64,000 nt of DNA from Verrucomicrobiota bacterium. GTDB lineage: Bacteria > Verrucomicrobiota > Kiritimatiellia > CAIVKH01. Positions 61,222 through 64,000 of this stretch are shown one piece after another (position 1 is the stretch's first letter; every line of letters begins with the position of its first letter). The notes under the pieces are model-generated. The model worked only from the letters and a program-made list of their open reading frames with translations. It was not told the origin of the DNA and made no database searches. A program made the position numbers and the translations under genes. Where the stretch lies: the NCBI GenBank assembly GCA_024233345.1, contig JACKPT010000006.1:84959-148958 (forward strand). Reading direction: 5' to 3'.

Positions 61222-61443
61222 GGGCTCGCATAGCTCGCCCCTCCATCCATGATTTGGAGGGCTGAGCTATGCGAAGCCGATGCCCCAACCTCAAATGGAG
61301 GGCTGAGCTATGCGAAGCCGATCCCCCAGCCCCAAATGGATGGCTGAGCTATGCGAAGCCGATGCCCCAACCCAAATTGGAGGGCTGAGCTATGCGAAGC
61401 CGATGTCCCAGCCCAAATGGAGGGCTGAGCTATGCGAAGCCGG
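61222..61443. repeat. one inverted plus five direct copies of a ~41-bp repeat (TGGAGGGCTGAGCTATGCGAAGCCGATGCCCCAACC-CAAA)
   Basis: The direct copies start at 61255, 61296, 61337, 61378 and 61418. An inverted partial copy at 61222-61245 can pair with copy 1 to form a ~23-bp stem. The array lies between the convergent DUF2723 and rseP genes. Confidence 0.85.
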
Positions 61444-61481
61444 AATGCAGGATGCCGACAAATCACGCCACTTGAACAGCG

Positions 61482-62876
61482 CTATGGGGTGGAATTCACC
61501 GAAGGCGCTGCCTCAGGAAGAATCTCCTCCACCTTGTTGGAGGGCGCATCCTGCCCGGTCCGGTTGTTGACGATAAACCGGATATCCTTGAAGGTCAGGG
61601 TCAGGAACAGGGCGAGCAGCATCACCGTGCCGACATTCCACACTGCGGTCACCACCTTGGGGCTGACCGGCTTGCGGGTAATGCCCTCGATCACCGACAA
61701 TACAATATGCCCGCCATCCAGAACCGGCAGGGGCAGGAGATTCAGCACCGCAAGGTTCACATTCAACAGGCAGGCAAAACTCAGAATCGCCATCAACCCC
61801 ACCGCGGAGACCCGCAGCAGCATATCGATAATCAACACCGGACCCCCAATCCCTTCGGCGGCAGCCTTGGCCTCGCTCGGGGTCACCAGGGCTTTCAGAA
61901 TCCGAAAGATCAGGGTCGCATGCGAGACCACCTGATCCATCGGTTTCTTCACCTCGTTCACATAAAACTCAATCCCGATCAACGCCCGTCCCAGTTCTTC
62001 ATCAAATTCCGGAGCGATCGAAAGTTCGAAGGTCGTCCCATCCCGTTCCACGGTCATCGGCACTTCCTCCCCCTGGACCTTGTTGACCTCCTCGATCATC
62101 TGGGCCCGGCTGTAGAGGGAAACCCCATTGAAGGTGAGAATGCGGTCACCCGAGGCAAGCCCGGCCCGCTTGGCCGGGGAGTCCGGCCTCACCCCCAAGA
62201 CAAAACAAGCACTCATGGGATAGATCCCATCCAGCATCCTCACCCCGGAAAACTTTTTCGTCGGCAGGGTGACCTCGCGGGATTCTCCTGCTGCGGACTG
62301 TACCGAGAGCACCACCTCGTCATTCAGGGCCGCCACCACCATCAGTTCTTCCCAATTCGAGACCGCTTCCCCGTTCACGGCGGAAACCACATCGCCCACC
62401 GCCAGACCTGAGGCCGCGGCAGCGCTGCCGTCTTCGAGATAGCCGATGGTGGCGTTGGAAAATCCCGGATCGAAGGCCCGACCCTCCAGATACACCGCCC
62501 ACGCGAGCAGGTAGGCGAGGATCATGTTGCAGGTGACCCCGGCGACGGAAACGAGAATTTTCTTGCCGGGACTGATCCGGGGGAGCTTCCGGGCCTGTTC
62601 TTCATTGCTGTCCCCCACGCCCACCCCGCCGCTGCCGGTAGGATCCAGTTGGGGCAGCGCGACATAGCCGCCCAGGGGCAGGATGCCGATTTTATACAGC
62701 ACCCCATGGATCCTCTTTTTCCAGATCGCAGGGCCGAATCCAACCGAAAAGGCATCCACCTGAAGCCCGCACCACCGGGCGACCAGAAAATGTCCCAATT
62801 CATGCACAAAGATCGTGATCCCAAACACAAGGAGGGCCACCACAATTGACCAGGCTAAGGATAGAATGGATTCCAT
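61482..62876 (-). CDS. rseP: RIP site-2 zinc metalloprotease RseP
   Basis: VHELGHFLVARWCG (HExxH), PDZ-like region(s), and NLAVLNLLPLPVLDGGH (NxxPxxxLDG). Confidence 0.9.
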   Translation of the reverse strand: MESILSLAWSIVVALLVFGITIFVHELGHFLVARWCGLQVDAFSVGFGPAIWKKRIHGVLYKIGILPLGGYVALPQLDPTGSGGVGVGDSNEEQARKLPRISPGKKILVSVAGVTCNMILAYLLAWAVYLEGRAFDPGFSNATIGYLEDGSAAAASGLAVGDVVSAVNGEAVSNWEELMVVAALNDEVVLSVQSAAGESREVTLPTKKFSGVRMLDGIYPMSACFVLGVRPDSPAKRAGLASGDRILTFNGVSLYSRAQMIEEVNKVQGEEVPMTVERDGTTFELSIAPEFDEELGRALIGIEFYVNEVKKPMDQVVSHATLIFRILKALVTPSEAKAAAEGIGGPVLIIDMLLRVSAVGLMAILSFACLLNVNLAVLNLLPLPVLDGGHIVLSVIEGITRKPVSPKVVTAVWNVGTVMLLALFLTLTFKDIRFIVNNRTGQDAPSNKVEEILPEAAPSVNSTP

Positions 62877-62894
62877 GATGCCTACTATACCGCC

Positions 62895-63752
62895 TCAGGG
62901 AATGATGTCCATGAACAGACGTGTATAGATGTAGAGAATGGGTGCGGTGAACAGCAGGCTGTCCAGCACATCGAGGAATCCGCCCATACCCTGGATCCAG
63001 GAGCCAGAATCCTTGACCCCGGCCGAGCGCTTGAGCAGGGATTCGGCGAGATCGCCGATAATCCCGAAAACCGAAAGCAGAGGCGCAAGCAGTATGATGT
63101 CATACAGCCCGATATCGAGGCTGCCCCACTTCTGATAGAAGAACATGTAGACAAGGACCGCCCCGATCAACCCGGACGCCACCCCGCCCGCGCAGCCTTC
63201 CCAGGTTTTGGCCGGGGAGACCTTGGGGATCAGCTTGGTGCGGCCAAATCCGCATCCCACCACGTAGGCCCCGATGTCGGTCATCTTCACCACCACAATC
63301 AGCAAAAAGACCAGGAATCGTCCTTCGGAATCGCCAAAGGTGAACAAAAGTTTGGTGAAGTAATTGAGCAGGAAGCCGATATACATCACCCCGAGAAAGG
63401 TGCTGGCCATGGCATCCCAGGGCCGCTGGTTCTTCCTGGTGAACATCTGACGGAGCAGAATTGCCGCCACCACCAGGAACAGCAGCACGCCGCTGACATC
63501 ATACCGGACTGCATTTTCCGGGGGTAGTTGAAGCCCCAGCCAGGTTCCAAACATCAGGAACAGGCCCAGACTGACCCCGAGCTTCTTGAAGTGGGGAATG
63601 CCCACCGAATCCAACAGGGCATAAAACTCCAGCATCGCCAGGGCTCCCGCCGCCATCAGAACCACCATGGCGATCGGTCCGGGCAGTAGAAACAAACTGC
63701 CCAGGAAAAAAACCGCCAGCAAAACACCGCTCCGCACCCGATCCATATTCAT
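62895..63752 (-). CDS. cdsA: phosphatidate cytidylyltransferase (CDP-diglyceride synthase), with an atypical signature
   Basis: Polytopic membrane protein. The C-terminal signature region SLLKRSAGVKDSGSWIQGMGGFLDVLDS aligns to the CdsA pattern S-x-x-KR-x4-KD-...-HGG-x-x-D-[RK]-x-D, but with H->M and R->V. Confidence 0.8.
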   Translation of the reverse strand: MNMDRVRSGVLLAVFFLGSLFLLPGPIAMVVLMAAGALAMLEFYALLDSVGIPHFKKLGVSLGLFLMFGTWLGLQLPPENAVRYDVSGVLLFLVVAAILLRQMFTRKNQRPWDAMASTFLGVMYIGFLLNYFTKLLFTFGDSEGRFLVFLLIVVVKMTDIGAYVVGCGFGRTKLIPKVSPAKTWEGCAGGVASGLIGAVLVYMFFYQKWGSLDIGLYDIILLAPLLSVFGIIGDLAESLLKRSAGVKDSGSWIQGMGGFLDVLDSLLFTAPILYIYTRLFMDIIP

Positions 63753-64000
63753 TTACTGAATCCCCCCAAACCTCCGGTGACGCCCCTGATAATTGACGAG
63801 GGCGGCCTCGAATTCCGCCTCCCGGAAATCCGGCCACAGGACCGGTGTTACATACAGTTCCGAATAAGAGCATTGCCAGAGCAAAAAGTTGCTGATCCGG
63901 TACTCGCCACTGGTTCGGATCAGCAGGTCCGGATCGGGCACATCCGGGGCATAGAGGTGGCCCGCCACCGTTTGTTCGGTGATGGTATCGGGGGCGAGCT
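63753..64000 (-). CDS. uppS: undecaprenyl-diphosphate synthase, C-terminal part (5' end lies outside the window)
   Basis: ...[38 protein letters not shown]...RRFGG is the conserved cis-prenyltransferase C-terminus. The frame is open to the window edge. Confidence 0.9.
   Translation of the reverse strand, partial: LAPDTITEQTVAGHLYAPDVPDPDLLIRTSGEYRISNFLLWQCSYSELYVTPVLWPDFREAEFEAALVNYQGRHRRFGGIQ

Noticed and set aside
61255-61443. CRISPR array. The tandem copies look superficially like regularly spaced ~26-bp repeats with ~15-bp intervening sequences.
   Set aside because: The 'spacers' are nearly identical to each other and far too short. The period is only ~41 bp, and no cas genes or leader are present. 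This is a simple tandem repeat.

Overview
All calls below were made by eye from the sequence and the ORF track. No homology search, folding or statistics was run.

The window is a high-GC bacterial chromosomal segment (roughly 60-65% GC by eye). I infer a PVC-superphylum organism (Kiritimatiellota/Verrucomicrobiota-like) from these features:
- several Cys-type sulfatases
- PEP-CTERM proteins
- a giant LamG/Ig surface protein
- a DUF2723 gene
- weak Shine-Dalgarno usage
- many ATGA start/stop overlaps

The window divides into four blocks.

1. **1-35.1 kb, accessory glycan-degradation and surface-protein region.**
   - GH42 beta-galactosidase
   - GH112 galacto-/lacto-N-biose phosphorylase
   - GH29 fucosidase
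   - three intact sulfatases plus one sulfatase relic
   - two sialate-O-acetylesterase-like genes
   - two large multidomain hydrolases
   - a XylR/AraC-type regulator
   - two PEP-CTERM proteins
   - a 1512-aa LamG/Ig protein

   Five proteins here carry nine copies of a ~175-aa module that I cannot assign to a named family.

2. **35.1-46.9 kb.** A 0.5-kb non-coding patch, a GIY-YIG gene, repeats and tRNA-Phe come first. Core genes follow: TPR protein, exbBD, pgsA, rodZ-like, ftsK, parA. Between ftsK and parA, a tandem-USP gene and rmuC are riddled with frameshifts.

3. **47.07-55.17 kb, a lower-GC island bracketed by a 112-bp direct repeat (109/112 identical).** It encodes only small membrane, lipoprotein or secreted hypotheticals. 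It also carries a transposase-like scrap and a complete group II intron inserted antisense into the 3' end of one island gene.

4. **55.4-64 kb, envelope genes.** These are def, a polyprenyl-phosphate GT2 synthase, a UbiA-type phosphoribosyltransferase-like gene, a DUF2723/TMEM260-like GT-C enzyme, a 41-bp tandem repeat array, rseP, cdsA and uppS.

The best candidates for something undescribed are:
- the expanded module family with interchangeable C-terminal anchors
- the GT2/UbiA/DUF2723 lipid-linked glycosylation cluster
- the repeat-bracketed island, with its conserved pre-start box and a phased palindrome triplet at its edge
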